64,000 bases of DNA from Minisyncoccota bacterium. GTDB lineage: Bacteria; Patescibacteriota; Minisyncoccia; Phycocordibacterales; UBA918. The stretch covers positions 75,063-139,062 of the forward strand of contig JAWKSQ010000001.1 of the NCBI GenBank assembly GCA_041389045.1, given 5' to 3'. Under the pieces are notes generated by a model. It did not search any database. It had not been told where the DNA came from and saw nothing but the letters and a program-made list of their open reading frames with translations. This document shows positions 48,376 to 57,636 of the stretch, piece after piece (within the stretch, counting starts at the first letter, position 1; the number at the start of each line of letters is the position of its first letter). The position numbers were made by a program, and so were the translations under genes.

Positions 48376-49371
48376 TTAAGTTAAATTTTGGATATGAGTG
48401 TAACCACTCCCGCTGACCACTCTGCCTTTGGGGGTTCGTTCGAGTAATCCAAGTCTAATTAAATATGGTTCAATAACGTCTTCAATGGTGGACTGTTCTT
48501 CACCAGTAGCGGCAGCGATAGTGTTCAGTCCAACTGGCCCACCACCAAATTTTTCAATAATAATTTCTAGAACACCACGATCTTGAGCGTTGAGTCCAAT
48601 AGTATCTACGCCCAATAAGTTAAAGGTTTTGTTAGCGATTTCATCGGTGAGAGCCGATTCAGCCAGTTGGGCCATATCGCGACAACGCTTGAGGAGGTAG
48701 TTGGCTGTACGCGGGGTGGCACGACTACGTCCGGCGATAGAGAGGATAGTTTTGTTGTCGGCTTCAACTTGTAACACTAGAGCGGAGTGGTCCAGTATCC
48801 GAGCGATTTCTTCGTTAGTATAAAAATCCAACCGAAAGGTTCCGCCGGAGAAGCGTGACCGCAGTGGAGCGGACAACATCGAGATACGGGTAGTGGCAGC
48901 CACTAAGGTGAAAGGGGGAAGGTCGAGCTGATCAGTACGCGCGGAAGGTCCTTTGCCGATAATAATGTCCAGGACCCCAGACTCCATCGCCGGGTACAGG
49001 ACCTCTTCAATAGTTTTTGATAGGCGATGAATCTCGTCGATAAAAAGCACGTCACCTGGAGATAGATTAGTCAGGATAGCAGCCAGGTCCCCGACTCTTT
49101 CAATAGCTGGACCAGAGGTAGTGCGCATATTGGTGCCAAGGGTCTTGGCAATGAGGTGGGCCAATGTAGTTTTACCTAGGCCGGGAGGTCCGTAAAGCAG
49201 GATGTGTTCAGCGGCGTGTCCTCGTTCGCGCGCAGCCGTTAGCAAGATGCGGAGGTTTTCTTTTATTTTTTCCTGTCCGACATAATCTTCCCAAGATTGG
49301 GGTCGAAGAGCCTGGTCTAGATTACCAGTTTCGTCTCGAGTAACAGCGGTTTTTTTGGCCTTTTCTGACAT
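48376..49371 (-). CDS. ruvB: Holliday junction branch migration helicase RuvB
   Basis: 331-aa ORF with Walker [12 protein letters not shown], Walker [10 protein letters not shown] and a winged-helix C-terminus. Confidence 0.95.
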   Translation of the reverse strand: MSEKAKKTAVTRDETGNLDQALRPQSWEDYVGQEKIKENLRILLTAARERGHAAEHILLYGPPGLGKTTLAHLIAKTLGTNMRTTSGPAIERVGDLAAILTNLSPGDVLFIDEIHRLSKTIEEVLYPAMESGVLDIIIGKGPSARTDQLDLPPFTLVAATTRISMLSAPLRSRFSGGTFRLDFYTNEEIARILDHSALVLQVEADNKTILSIAGRSRATPRTANYLLKRCRDMAQLAESALTDEIANKTFNLLGVDTIGLNAQDRGVLEIIIEKFGGGPVGLNTIAAATGEEQSTIEDVIEPYLIRLGLLERTPKGRVVSGSGYTHIQNLT

Positions 49372-49454
49372 AGACCTATAGTAGCAAATCTACGATAATT
49401 TTGCTCTTTTATATATAAAAATAAGGCCAAAGCACAGCTGGTTGGCAGGGGTAG

Positions 49455-49485
49455 TTGACAAAAATTATATCTGTGCTAGTATATA
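49455..49485 (+). promoter_or_regulatory. sigma70-like promoter with no downstream CDS
   Basis: TTGACA (49455-49460), a 16-nt spacer, then TGcTAGTAT (extended -10). It points into an ORF-free structured region. Confidence 0.4.
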
Positions 49486-49553
49486 CAGGTAACACGTTCT
49501 CCCGGTGTCAGCAACACCAATTCTTTTGTTTTAAATACTAACAGTTAACAGTC

Positions 49554-49697
49554 TTTCCAGACGATAACTCTCTAAGCAACTTGGGTACGTTGCGAGGGTT
49601 TTGTGGCGCTCACCTCGAGTGAGGGTGCTGCAAAATTTCTTAGCGCGGTATTCACTTTCAATGCGGAAGCCTTGCTTAGAGAGTTATATTCTGGAAA
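49554..49697. ncRNA. 144-nt element closed by a 26-bp helix (candidate sRNA or MITE-like element)
   Basis: tttccagaCGataactctctaagcaa (49554-49579) pairs with ttgcttagagagttatATtctggaaa (49672-49697), giving 24 of 26 bp. The interior contains further hairpins. Confidence 0.35.
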
Positions 49698-49742
49698 ATA
49701 GTCGGAGGACTTAACTGCTTTTGACTATATCATACTCCTTTT

Positions 49743-49771
49743 AAAAAACAGCTTGACCTAAGCTGTTTTTT
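49743..49771. terminator. bidirectional terminator hairpin
   Basis: aaaaaacagctt-gacct-aagctgtttttt lies just downstream of the pilB stop (minus strand). It also ends any plus-strand transcript from the 49455 promoter. Confidence 0.7.
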
Positions 49772-49801
49772 ATATCTCACCTAGTTGAGAGTCGAATATA
49801 T

Positions 49802-51531
49802 TTAGACGACATGCGCTAAAAAGGCGTCGTCAGTATCAGTTCCGTTCGTTGGAGTAGTTGCTACTATTTTTGGCATTTCTATTACTCTGGCTAATTCTGC
49901 GTAAGAAGTATCTCCCCGTAAAACTTTTTCGGCTCCGTCCTCTACCATATTGGCGATACCTTGTGGTTTTGCCGCTTCGATAATTAGGTGTTCGCGGGGG
50001 TCGCGAATAATAACTTCTTCGACTGCTTGATCCATAAATATGGCTTCGAATATTCCTGACCGTCCTTTGTAGCCGGTATTTTTGCAGACAGGACAGCCGA
50101 CTGGTTTGTAGAGAGTAAGAGGTTTTTGTAAAGTTTGCGGTTCAGGGTGATTTGCCATTACTTGTTTTAAGGTTTCAAATTCAGCATCTGTCGCTTCATA
50201 GGTAACTCTGCATTCAGTACAAAGTCTGCGAACCAATCGCTGTCCCAAGAAAACATTTAACGCACTACCCAAGGTTCTTATATCAACTCCCAAATCAGTT
50301 AAGCGGGTAAAAGCGGCAGCTGCGCTGTTGGTGTGAAGGGTAGAGAAGACGAGGTGACCAGTTTGTGCAGCGTGGAGTGCTGTTTCAGCCACTTCTTTAT
50401 CACGAATTTCACCAACCATAATAATATCGGGGTCTTGTCTCAGCACTGCTCTAAGTCCAGAAGCAAAGGTGTAGTCTTCACTAGTTTGAGTTTGAACAAT
50501 GCCTTCTAGTTTGTATTCGACCGGGTTTTCAATCGTGATAATTTTGACCCCGGCTGTATGGGCTTCTTGTAAGCAGGCATAAAGCACGGTGGTTTTTCCT
50601 GAGCCGGTTGGCCCAGTAGTGACAATAAGGCCATTAGGCTTTTTAATTTCTGCCACTAAGGCTTCGCGTAGTTTGGGACTGAGGTCGATGTTTTCTAAAC
50701 GAAAAGTAGCAATTGAAGGGTCAAGGATTCTCATTACGATAGATTCGCCGGAAGCTCCAGGAATGACCGAAGATCGGATTTCAATTTCTCTGTCACCGGC
50801 CATAAAAGTAAATCGACCATCTTGAGCTTGAGTTCGTTGATTAAGGACCATGCCTGACAGTAGTTTTAACCTGGACATAATTCGTTCGTAGATATAGCGA
50901 TCGATATCATAGATGTCACTTAAGATGCCGTCGAGACGATAGCGAAGTCGAATGGCGTTTTCCTCGGGTTCGATATGGATGTCTGAAGACTTGAGTGAAA
51001 CTGCTCCAGCAAAAGCCAGTTCCAGAGTTTCGGTAACCCTACGTGCGTTGTCGACACCCTTAACTTTGGTCATCAGTTTGGCGACGTCGTCCTTGGTGTT
51101 TATTTGTCTAATGAAACTAGCGATTTCTTCAGGGTCAATATCAAAAACACCTTTAGTTTTAGCTTTAGAGTCAATTATATCTTGGTAGCGTTCCCAACCG
51201 TGTTCCAGGCTACTAGTAGAGCAAAGATAGGGAGTGACGGTGAGTCGACTTTTTTCTTGGATTTCTTCTAAGACTTGTAAGGTGACAGCATTGTTTGGGT
51301 TTCTTAAAGCAACATGAATAGAATTGTGTTTAAGTTCAAAACCAACCAAGTTGGCCTCCCGAGCCTTTTTTCTGGAATTAGACCGATAGCTTCTGGGTTA
51401 ATGGTGTAACCGTGGAGATTAATGTATTCAAGACCATACTGCGGAGCCATGGCTTGGACCAACTTTTCTTCCTCGCCACGACGAAGTTCGTCGATTCTGA
51501 GGTTAGCTTCCGAATCATCGAAATTAAGCAT
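49802..51531 (-). CDS. pilB: type IV pilus assembly / type II secretion ATPase PilB/GspE (frame-disrupted once)
   Basis: Walker A GPTGSGKTT, the Asp and His boxes, and the tetracysteine CTEC...CPVC are present. The N-terminal fragment (51304-51627, real ATG at 51531) joins the main ORF as ..IPEKKAREANLVGFELKHN.. if one T is added to the T6 run 51366-51371. Confidence 0.85.
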
Positions 51532-51589
51532 ATAAAATATTGTATCATGTACGAACTGCGCGTGGTGTTCTATAGTACTGTGTGAAAAT

Positions 51590-52045
51590 ATGAAAAAAAT
51601 TGAAATTGCCAATCTAAATGAGCTCAATGATTTTGCCAGTCACTTTCTTCTGAGTTTAGAAAAAAGTGCTGACACTAGTAAGGTGTCCGTTGTGACTTTA
51701 ACCGGTGAACTCGGTGCGGGTAAAACAACCTTTGTCCAACACTTAGCCAAAAGACTAGGTGTCACTGAAGTGGTACAGAGTCCGACTTTCACTATTTATA
51801 AAATTTATGATACTGAAAATAAGTTTTTTAAAACCCTGGTCCATATGGACGCTTATCGGATTGAAGATATTTCTGAACTAAGACCGCTTAATTTTCATAA
51901 AATACTTGAGCAACCAAATACTTTGTTTTGTATTGAATGGGCGGAAAGAATCAAAGAGGCCTTACCAAAAGAGGTGGTGTCACTAACCTTTAGTCATCAA
52001 GGTGAGAATGGTCGCGTGGTCCAGTTGGAAGGATTGGATATGTAG
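51590..52045 (+). CDS. tsaE: tRNA t6A biosynthesis protein TsaE
   Basis: 151-aa ORF with the P-loop GELGAGKTTFVQ, SPTFT and HMDAYR motifs. Confidence 0.85.
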   Translation: MKKIEIANLNELNDFASHFLLSLEKSADTSKVSVVTLTGELGAGKTTFVQHLAKRLGVTEVVQSPTFTIYKIYDTENKFFKTLVHMDAYRIEDISELRPLNFHKILEQPNTLFCIEWAERIKEALPKEVVSLTFSHQGENGRVVQLEGLDM

Positions 52046-52108
52046 ACTCGAGCCTACATCTCTCATCTGTCTAGTGCGGGGAACTGCAAAAAAAAGTATA
52101 CTGTCAGA

Positions 52109-54523
52109 GTGTCAACAAAAACCTCCAAAAAAGAAACAAAGAAACGTCTCATCTTGCTCGATACTCATGCCATTTTGCATCGGGCTTACCATGCTCTGCC
52201 GGACTTCACTTCACCTAAAGGTGAACCAACCGGCGCTCTCTATGGCGTAGTAGCCATGCTTTTGCGAATCGTCGAGGAACTTAAACCTGACTACGTGGTA
52301 GCATGTTATGACTTACCAGAACCAACTTACCGTCACGAAGCCTTCGCTGACTATAAAGGTAAAAGAGAAAAAACTGATGAATCACTCGTGGCGCAAATAA
52401 TCCGCTCCCGTGATATTTTTAATTCTTTCGGTATTCCTATTTATGAAGCGCCAGGCTTTGAAGCAGACGACCTCTTGGGAACAATCGCTAGCCAAGCTAA
52501 GTCATCATCACTAGAGATAATTATCGCCTCTGGTGATATGGATACGATGCAATGTGTGGACGGAAAAAAGGTCCAGGTCTACACCTTAAAGAAAGGTATC
52601 AATGACACTATTCTCTATGACGAAAAAGCGGTTATTGAGCGCTTTGGTTTTGCACCGGCCTTAGTGCCTGACTACAAAGGGCTTCGGGGTGACGCTTCGG
52701 ATAATATTCCTGGTATTGCCGGCATCGGCGAAAAGACCGCTACCGATCTAATACAGAAGTTTGGTGATCTGGATAAGCTCTATAAAAAACTAAAAAAAGA
52801 TGAAGAGGCTTTTCTTCAGGCTGGTATCAAACCAAGAATGATAAACCTACTGCGAGAAGGAGAGGAGGAGGCTCGCTTTTCTAAAATGTTGGCGACTATA
52901 CGCTGTGATGTACCGATGGAATTTTCTTTACCAGAGAAACATTGGCGAGAAAATGCAGACGCAGAAAAAGTTATTTCGCTTTTTAGTGAGCTAGGTTTTA
53001 AGACCCTAGGTAATAAAGTAAAAGCATTATTTGATATTAAAGTAGAAACACAGTCTTTTGATCTACCAAATGGAGAAAGTTCAATTGATCAGGATGAGTT
53101 GGCTGAAGCTAGTGTTTTGCTGTGGTTAGTAGAGAGTGAAAGAACTAACGCCACCGCGCAAGACATCGTTGACTATGGTCAGTCTTTCCTCGAGGCAAGT
53201 GATTTCAAATCAACCAAAGCCAAGCTATTGGAACAAGTACAAAAAACTGGGCGTTTGGCCGAAGTATATGAAAAGATTGAGCGACCACTTTGTACGGTGG
53301 TAAAGGCTTTAAGTGCAACCGGCATTAAGCTCGATAAAAAATATTTAGCGGTCCTATCAAAACAAATGCACAAAGAGTTAGATTCACTACAAAAGAAAAT
53401 TTATGCTGAAGCCGGGGTTGAGTTCAATGTTAATTCACCAAAACAACTCGGAGAAATTTTATTTGATAAACTCGGCCTCAAGCCAAAAAATCAAAAGAAG
53501 ACAGCTGGTGGACAGCGTTCCACTAAGGAGTCTGAGCTAGAAAAAATGAAAGATGATCACGCTATTATTCCGGCGATTTTGCGTTACCGAGAGTTACAAA
53601 AATTAGTTTCCACTTATATTGATGCATTACCAGAGTTGGTAAGTCCTGACGGTCGCCTGCGATCAACTTTTCTCCAGACGGGAGCGGTGACAGGGCGGAT
53701 GGCTTCGCGCGACCCGGGTCTGCAAAATATTCCTACTCGGACTGAGGAGAGTCGGGCGATTAGACGAGCCTTTGTAGCGGAAGAGGGCTTCACTATGGTT
53801 AGTATCGACTACTCGCAGATTGAGCTTAGAATCGCGGCCATTCTTTCGCATGACGCTAAGTTGGTAGATATCTTTAAGCGGGGTGAAGATGTTCATACGG
53901 GAGTAGCGGTGCGAGTCTTTGGGGTCCATGCCGATGAAGTGACCAGTGAAATGCGCCGTAAGGCCAAGGTGATCAACTTCGGTATTCTCTATGGTATGGG
54001 CGTAAATGCCCTGAAGGCAAATTTAGGGGGTGATACTTCACGTGAAGAAGCGCAGTCATTTTTAAATGCCTACTTTAATACCTTTACGCGTCTCGCCGAT
54101 TACTTGGAGGAAACCAAAGAATTTGCTCGAGATAACGGCTTTACAGAGACCTTGTTTGGACGACGCCGTCACTTTCCGGGGATTATGTCCAAGGCGCCAT
54201 TCATCAAAGCGCAAGCGGAAAGAATGGCTATTAACGCTCCGATTCAAGGCACTGCCGCTGACGTGATGCGAATCGCTATGAATGAGGTTCATAGTTACTT
54301 AACTAAAGAAAAGAAAACAGATGATGTGCGAATGCTTCTTCAGGTCCATGATGAACTGGTGTTTGAAATTAAAACGGAGTTAGTGGAAAAGGAAATCCCC
54401 AAACTAGTAGAGTTGATGGAGGGAGTTATGAGAGGGCAGGAGACTTACGGGGTTGAGGTTAAGGTTGATGTGGCCGTTGGTCCCAATTGGGCGGATTTAG
54501 TAGATAGAAAAAAGTCTAAGTAG
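52109..54523 (+). CDS. polA: DNA polymerase I
   Basis: 804-aa ORF with a 5'-3' exonuclease domain (LILLDTHAILHRAYHA). Polymerase motif A is DYSQIELR, motif B is RRKAKVINFGILYG and motif C is QVHDE. Confidence 0.95.
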   Translation: MSTKTSKKETKKRLILLDTHAILHRAYHALPDFTSPKGEPTGALYGVVAMLLRIVEELKPDYVVACYDLPEPTYRHEAFADYKGKREKTDESLVAQIIRSRDIFNSFGIPIYEAPGFEADDLLGTIASQAKSSSLEIIIASGDMDTMQCVDGKKVQVYTLKKGINDTILYDEKAVIERFGFAPALVPDYKGLRGDASDNIPGIAGIGEKTATDLIQKFGDLDKLYKKLKKDEEAFLQAGIKPRMINLLREGEEEARFSKMLATIRCDVPMEFSLPEKHWRENADAEKVISLFSELGFKTLGNKVKALFDIKVETQSFDLPNGESSIDQDELAEASVLLWLVESERTNATAQDIVDYGQSFLEASDFKSTKAKLLEQVQKTGRLAEVYEKIERPLCTVVKALSATGIKLDKKYLAVLSKQMHKELDSLQKKIYAEAGVEFNVNSPKQLGEILFDKLGLKPKNQKKTAGGQRSTKESELEKMKDDHAIIPAILRYRELQKLVSTYIDALPELVSPDGRLRSTFLQTGAVTGRMASRDPGLQNIPTRTEESRAIRRAFVAEEGFTMVSIDYSQIELRIAAILSHDAKLVDIFKRGEDVHTGVAVRVFGVHADEVTSEMRRKAKVINFGILYGMGVNALKANLGGDTSREEAQSFLNAYFNTFTRLADYLEETKEFARDNGFTETLFGRRRHFPGIMSKAPFIKAQAERMAINAPIQGTAADVMRIAMNEVHSYLTKEKKTDDVRMLLQVHDELVFEIKTELVEKEIPKLVELMEGVMRGQETYGVEVKVDVAVGPNWADLVDRKKSK

Positions 54524-54524
54524 C

Positions 54525-55232
54525 ATGCTTAAAGTTTTTTGTGGTAATGATGTGATTGGGGTAAGGGAATCGGCTTCAACCTACTTGACTGAACTACGAC
54601 TTGAGGATGATGAGTTGGATGTTGGTCGGCTCGAGGCAGAAAATTACGAACCAGGCAAGTTAGCTAGTCTGTCAGAAACTATGCCGCTGTTTGGTGGTAG
54701 TAAGGTTTATGTAGTAGATATGCCGTCCACCATGGCTGATTTTTGGAATGAAGTTTTGGCTGAAATTGAGACCATGGAAAGGTCACAACACACTTTTATT
54801 TTAATTGAGGGAAATATTTTAGCTGCCGATAAAAAGAAAATAAGTAAATTTGTCCCGGACATCACTGAGTATAAAAAAACGGCTGAACAAAATTTTGATG
54901 CTTTTAAAATGGCCGAAGCTTTGGCCCGTAAAGACAAGAAGTTGTTATGGCTTTTGTTACAAGAATCAATCGTCTCCGGTATGTCAGCCGAAGAGATTAT
55001 TGGCATACTCTGGTGGCAACTCAAGACCTTACGTTTGGCGACGTTGACGAACTTGGCTACTGAAGCTGGGGTAAAAGATTATCCATACAATAAGGCTAAG
55101 CGGTCTCTGTCTAATTTTAAAGCTGGGGAAGTCGGAGTGTTGTCGCTTTCACTACTTGAGCTCTATCATGATGGACACTTAGGTAAAAGAGACATTACTT
55201 TGGCTCTTGAGGAGTGGGTGCTCCGGATGTAA
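54525..55232 (+). CDS. holA: DNA polymerase III delta subunit-like protein (short)
   Basis: 235-aa ORF 1 nt after polA. The N-terminal pattern (..LASLSETMPLFGGSKVYVVD..) is weakly HolA-like. The call is tentative. Confidence 0.4.
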   Translation: MLKVFCGNDVIGVRESASTYLTELRLEDDELDVGRLEAENYEPGKLASLSETMPLFGGSKVYVVDMPSTMADFWNEVLAEIETMERSQHTFILIEGNILAADKKKISKFVPDITEYKKTAEQNFDAFKMAEALARKDKKLLWLLLQESIVSGMSAEEIIGILWWQLKTLRLATLTNLATEAGVKDYPYNKAKRSLSNFKAGEVGVLSLSLLELYHDGHLGKRDITLALEEWVLRM

Positions 55233-55240
55233 GTGTGTTA

Positions 55241-55271
55241 AAAAACGAGGGGCCAGCGCATGCGCTGGCCC
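55241..55271 (-). terminator. rho-independent terminator of the minus-strand accessory genes
   Basis: gggccagcgca/tgcgctggccc is followed on the minus strand by a T-run (A5 at 55241-55245 on the plus strand). Confidence 0.6.
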
Positions 55272-55276
55272 TGACG

Positions 55277-55669
55277 TCATTTCGGTTCTGTGGCTTTGCT
55301 GTGATAGACCAGGTTTATCCTTCCCAGTGGGGTCCAGATGCCACCCAGCTTGAGTTCACAAACTTCATCCACTATCCGTGCGTCAAATACTGCGGCCGTT
55401 ACCGGCAAGCTACCACTTACGCCACCAAACAATCCTTCCCACCAACCTTCTTCGCAGAATTGGGTGAAGACTTTTTTGTGTTCACTGGCATGGACTGGAA
55501 GCCACTGCACTTTGTCAGCCCAGAAGGTTTTCTGCTCTGCAAATCCGTACACGACCTTTCTTTTCGTATTTGGCCATTCTAACAAAATACCGTATGAGCC
55601 TGTGCGACCAGATTGAGTGAAGACCACCAAATTATTGCTGGCCGGGCCGGGGGTAAGAACATTTGTCAT
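55277..55669 (-). CDS. hypothetical protein
   Basis: The ORF track gives 55277-55699. The ATG at 55669 lies 6 nt after AAGGAG. The terminator orientation supports the minus strand over the overlapping plus-strand ORFs. Confidence 0.45.
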   Translation of the reverse strand: MTNVLTPGPASNNLVVFTQSGRTGSYGILLEWPNTKRKVVYGFAEQKTFWADKVQWLPVHASEHKKVFTQFCEEGWWEGLFGGVSGSLPVTAAVFDARIVDEVCELKLGGIWTPLGRINLVYHSKATEPK

Positions 55670-55732
55670 CGGTTTCTCCTTTTGATTTTTTGTACTCAAG
55701 TAATTTACCTGGTGAAGCCAGTACGTGACCAG

Positions 55733-56092
55733 CTAAAGAAAGTGTTTCCAAACCGATCCAATACGGTTCTTTGTTTGGATCTTGTGGTTTTCATTGCAAA
55801 GAAGTTCGTAGGCCACTTCACTTACTGCTCGACCGTCTAGAACCTCATGTTTTTGAAGGTCTTCGGTTAGTACGATAAGGCCTCTCCACAAGCTTTTGTC
55901 ACACATTGTGTCATAGTCGTTCTTGTTGAAGGTATAGCAATACGCTGGTATAACACAAACTACGTCACGGTACTGAAACCTATAAATACGCAGTAGGGAA
56001 CCTACTTGTTCAAGAATGAATCCATGGTAGGAATCTACTTTGCTCGGTGAGTAGAAAACAAGTGACCCAGGTTCAAGGTAGGAATCTCCCAT
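55733..56092 (-). CDS. hypothetical protein
   Basis: 119-aa ORF with AGGAGG 7 nt upstream of the ATG. No family is recognised. Confidence 0.5.
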   Translation of the reverse strand: MGDSYLEPGSLVFYSPSKVDSYHGFILEQVGSLLRIYRFQYRDVVCVIPAYCYTFNKNDYDTMCDKSLWRGLIVLTEDLQKHEVLDGRAVSEVAYELLCNENHKIQTKNRIGSVWKHFL

Positions 56093-56213
56093 TTCAAAGC
56101 CTCCTAGTTTGTTAGGAACAAAAGATCAATTTAAAACTATCTCATCATAAATAACGGGAGAATGCAATTTTGAGTTTTAGGTGAACAAATTAAAATATTT
56201 TCAAAGGGTGTAT

Positions 56214-56462
56214 GGTTACGAATCACTAAGTATATTTGGTTAGTTAGGTTAGAAAATAACTTCAGGGATCGTCCTGACGGCCACCAATGTATTTTATTTC
56301 GCAAACTTATAAAATACATGGTGCCGCGGGACAAGGCTCGCTCATAAATATCGCTCCGCCGTTCGATCCCTAGACGCAACGTACGAAGGTACGTTGCTTG
56401 GGCGCACAAATAAAAAACTGCCAAAATGTATGTGGGTGGTCACGAATCACTAAGTATATTTG
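56214..56462. repeat. 25-nt direct repeat (24/25 identical) heading two diverged ~220-nt modules
   Basis: GGTtACGAATCACTAAGTATATTTG at 56214-56238 and GGTcACGAATCACTAAGTATATTTG at 56438-56462. Confidence 0.7.
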
Positions 56463-56573
56463 TTCGTCTTCGACTCCAAATCTACTAAGTGTTCTCGACC
56501 CCACCTCACTCGTTCGCTAGCTCACATCGCTCCGGTTCGCGCACACGCCGCTCCTGCCGCAGGGCAGGAGCCA

Positions 56574-56615
56574 AATAGAAAAGCTTCAGTCTCGCGAGAC
56601 TGAAGCTTTTCTATT
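56574..56615. terminator. strong symmetric terminator hairpin
   Basis: aaatagaaaagcttcagtctcg/cgagactgaagcttttctattt. Confidence 0.7.
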
Positions 56616-56853
56616 TGCGTGTGTGCCCCGTGTCGGTATCGGAAAATTACCCATCAAGCCCAGTAAGGGTTCCCGAGCGACTCAGGTCGCTCTTTTCTGA
56701 CCCCTCTCGGTAGGGGTATATTTATAGCCAGATGTTACAAATCTGACACCCAAACGGCTATTTAAAGAGCATTTTCAAAACGATTCTAAAATACGGATAT
56801 GGCTCTAAATAAGGATATTTTCGTACAAATGGACGGTAGTATAATTAAGGTAT

Positions 56854-57570
56854 ATGTACACAAAAAATATGCTATCTACTCTCCGACAAGCACTCGTTCA
56901 ACGAAAGGCTATTGAGGAACAAGTAAAGCAGGCGCTTAAGCCTATGGAACCCACGCTCCGCTTCATTGCAGAGCTCCAAGCCGTTTATCAGGAGGTATAT
57001 GGATGTGAATCTTCCACTGAGATATCAGTGGAAGCAATTCCAAAGCCAGCGAAGCAGGTAAAGCCAAAAACGAAGAAAGAGGTATTGTTCACTCCAGCGA
57101 AGGTTGATTTGCCATCAGGAGCAACGTGGCGAGACATTACTATCGCGTTTCAAAATAAAGAGGACGTTGAGATTAAATACAAAGACACGATTATTGGTCG
57201 ATACTCTCACCAAGACCTTGGCTTCGCTCAGGAAAACACTGGATGGAAAAACCCAGACCGCCGATGGGCACTGCTTACCGTGTTAGCTGTCGCAGGTGAG
57301 TTCAAATCACAGACAATAATCACCAAAGACCACTTGATGAATGTTTGCGACGTAAAAACACAAAACGCAGTAGAAAAACGAAAGAGTGATTTGGCAACGG
57401 GACTACGATTAGCGTTCGGTATCCAAGAAGAACCGTTTGAGAGATATTCCCATGAAACAGGCTATTGTTCCAAATTCACCCTTCTTCCAGAAGCAGATTT
57501 ACGTGGAAATGGTGAATTACGTCATTCAGGAGTAACTGATTTCAGCGATTCTATATACAGCGATGACTAG
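56854..57570 (+). CDS. hypothetical protein (island ORFan)
   Basis: 238-aa ORF with TATAAT at 56840-56845 just upstream. No family is recognised. Confidence 0.45.
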   Translation: MYTKNMLSTLRQALVQRKAIEEQVKQALKPMEPTLRFIAELQAVYQEVYGCESSTEISVEAIPKPAKQVKPKTKKEVLFTPAKVDLPSGATWRDITIAFQNKEDVEIKYKDTIIGRYSHQDLGFAQENTGWKNPDRRWALLTVLAVAGEFKSQTIITKDHLMNVCDVKTQNAVEKRKSDLATGLRLAFGIQEEPFERYSHETGYCSKFTLLPEADLRGNGELRHSGVTDFSDSIYSDD

Positions 57571-57636
57571 AGCCTGAAATCTCAGCAGTAGATGGTAGAG
57601 GGACAATTAATATAAAACCCCCTCCATACCATCTAT

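Noticed and set aside
55214-55616. Plus-strand ORFs 55214-55582 and 55338-55616, overlapping the 55277-55669 minus-strand gene.
   Set aside because: The terminator hairpin with its T-run is oriented for the minus strand. The minus ORF has AAGGAG at the correct spacing. The plus ORF would start inside holA. Some uncertainty remains because the region is GC-rich and open in several frames.
56137-56424. 95-aa minus-strand ORF in the island intergenic region.
   Set aside because: It overlaps the repeat head and hairpins of module 1, it has no SD sequence, and its composition is not protein-like.
56214-56462. Possible CRISPR array or attL/attR pair formed by the 25-nt direct repeat.
   Set aside because: There are only two copies, 224 nt apart, far from CRISPR spacing. 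The sequence between them is homologous in part to the sequence after the second copy, which indicates tandem module duplication rather than att sites flanking cargo. No cas genes or integrase are nearby.
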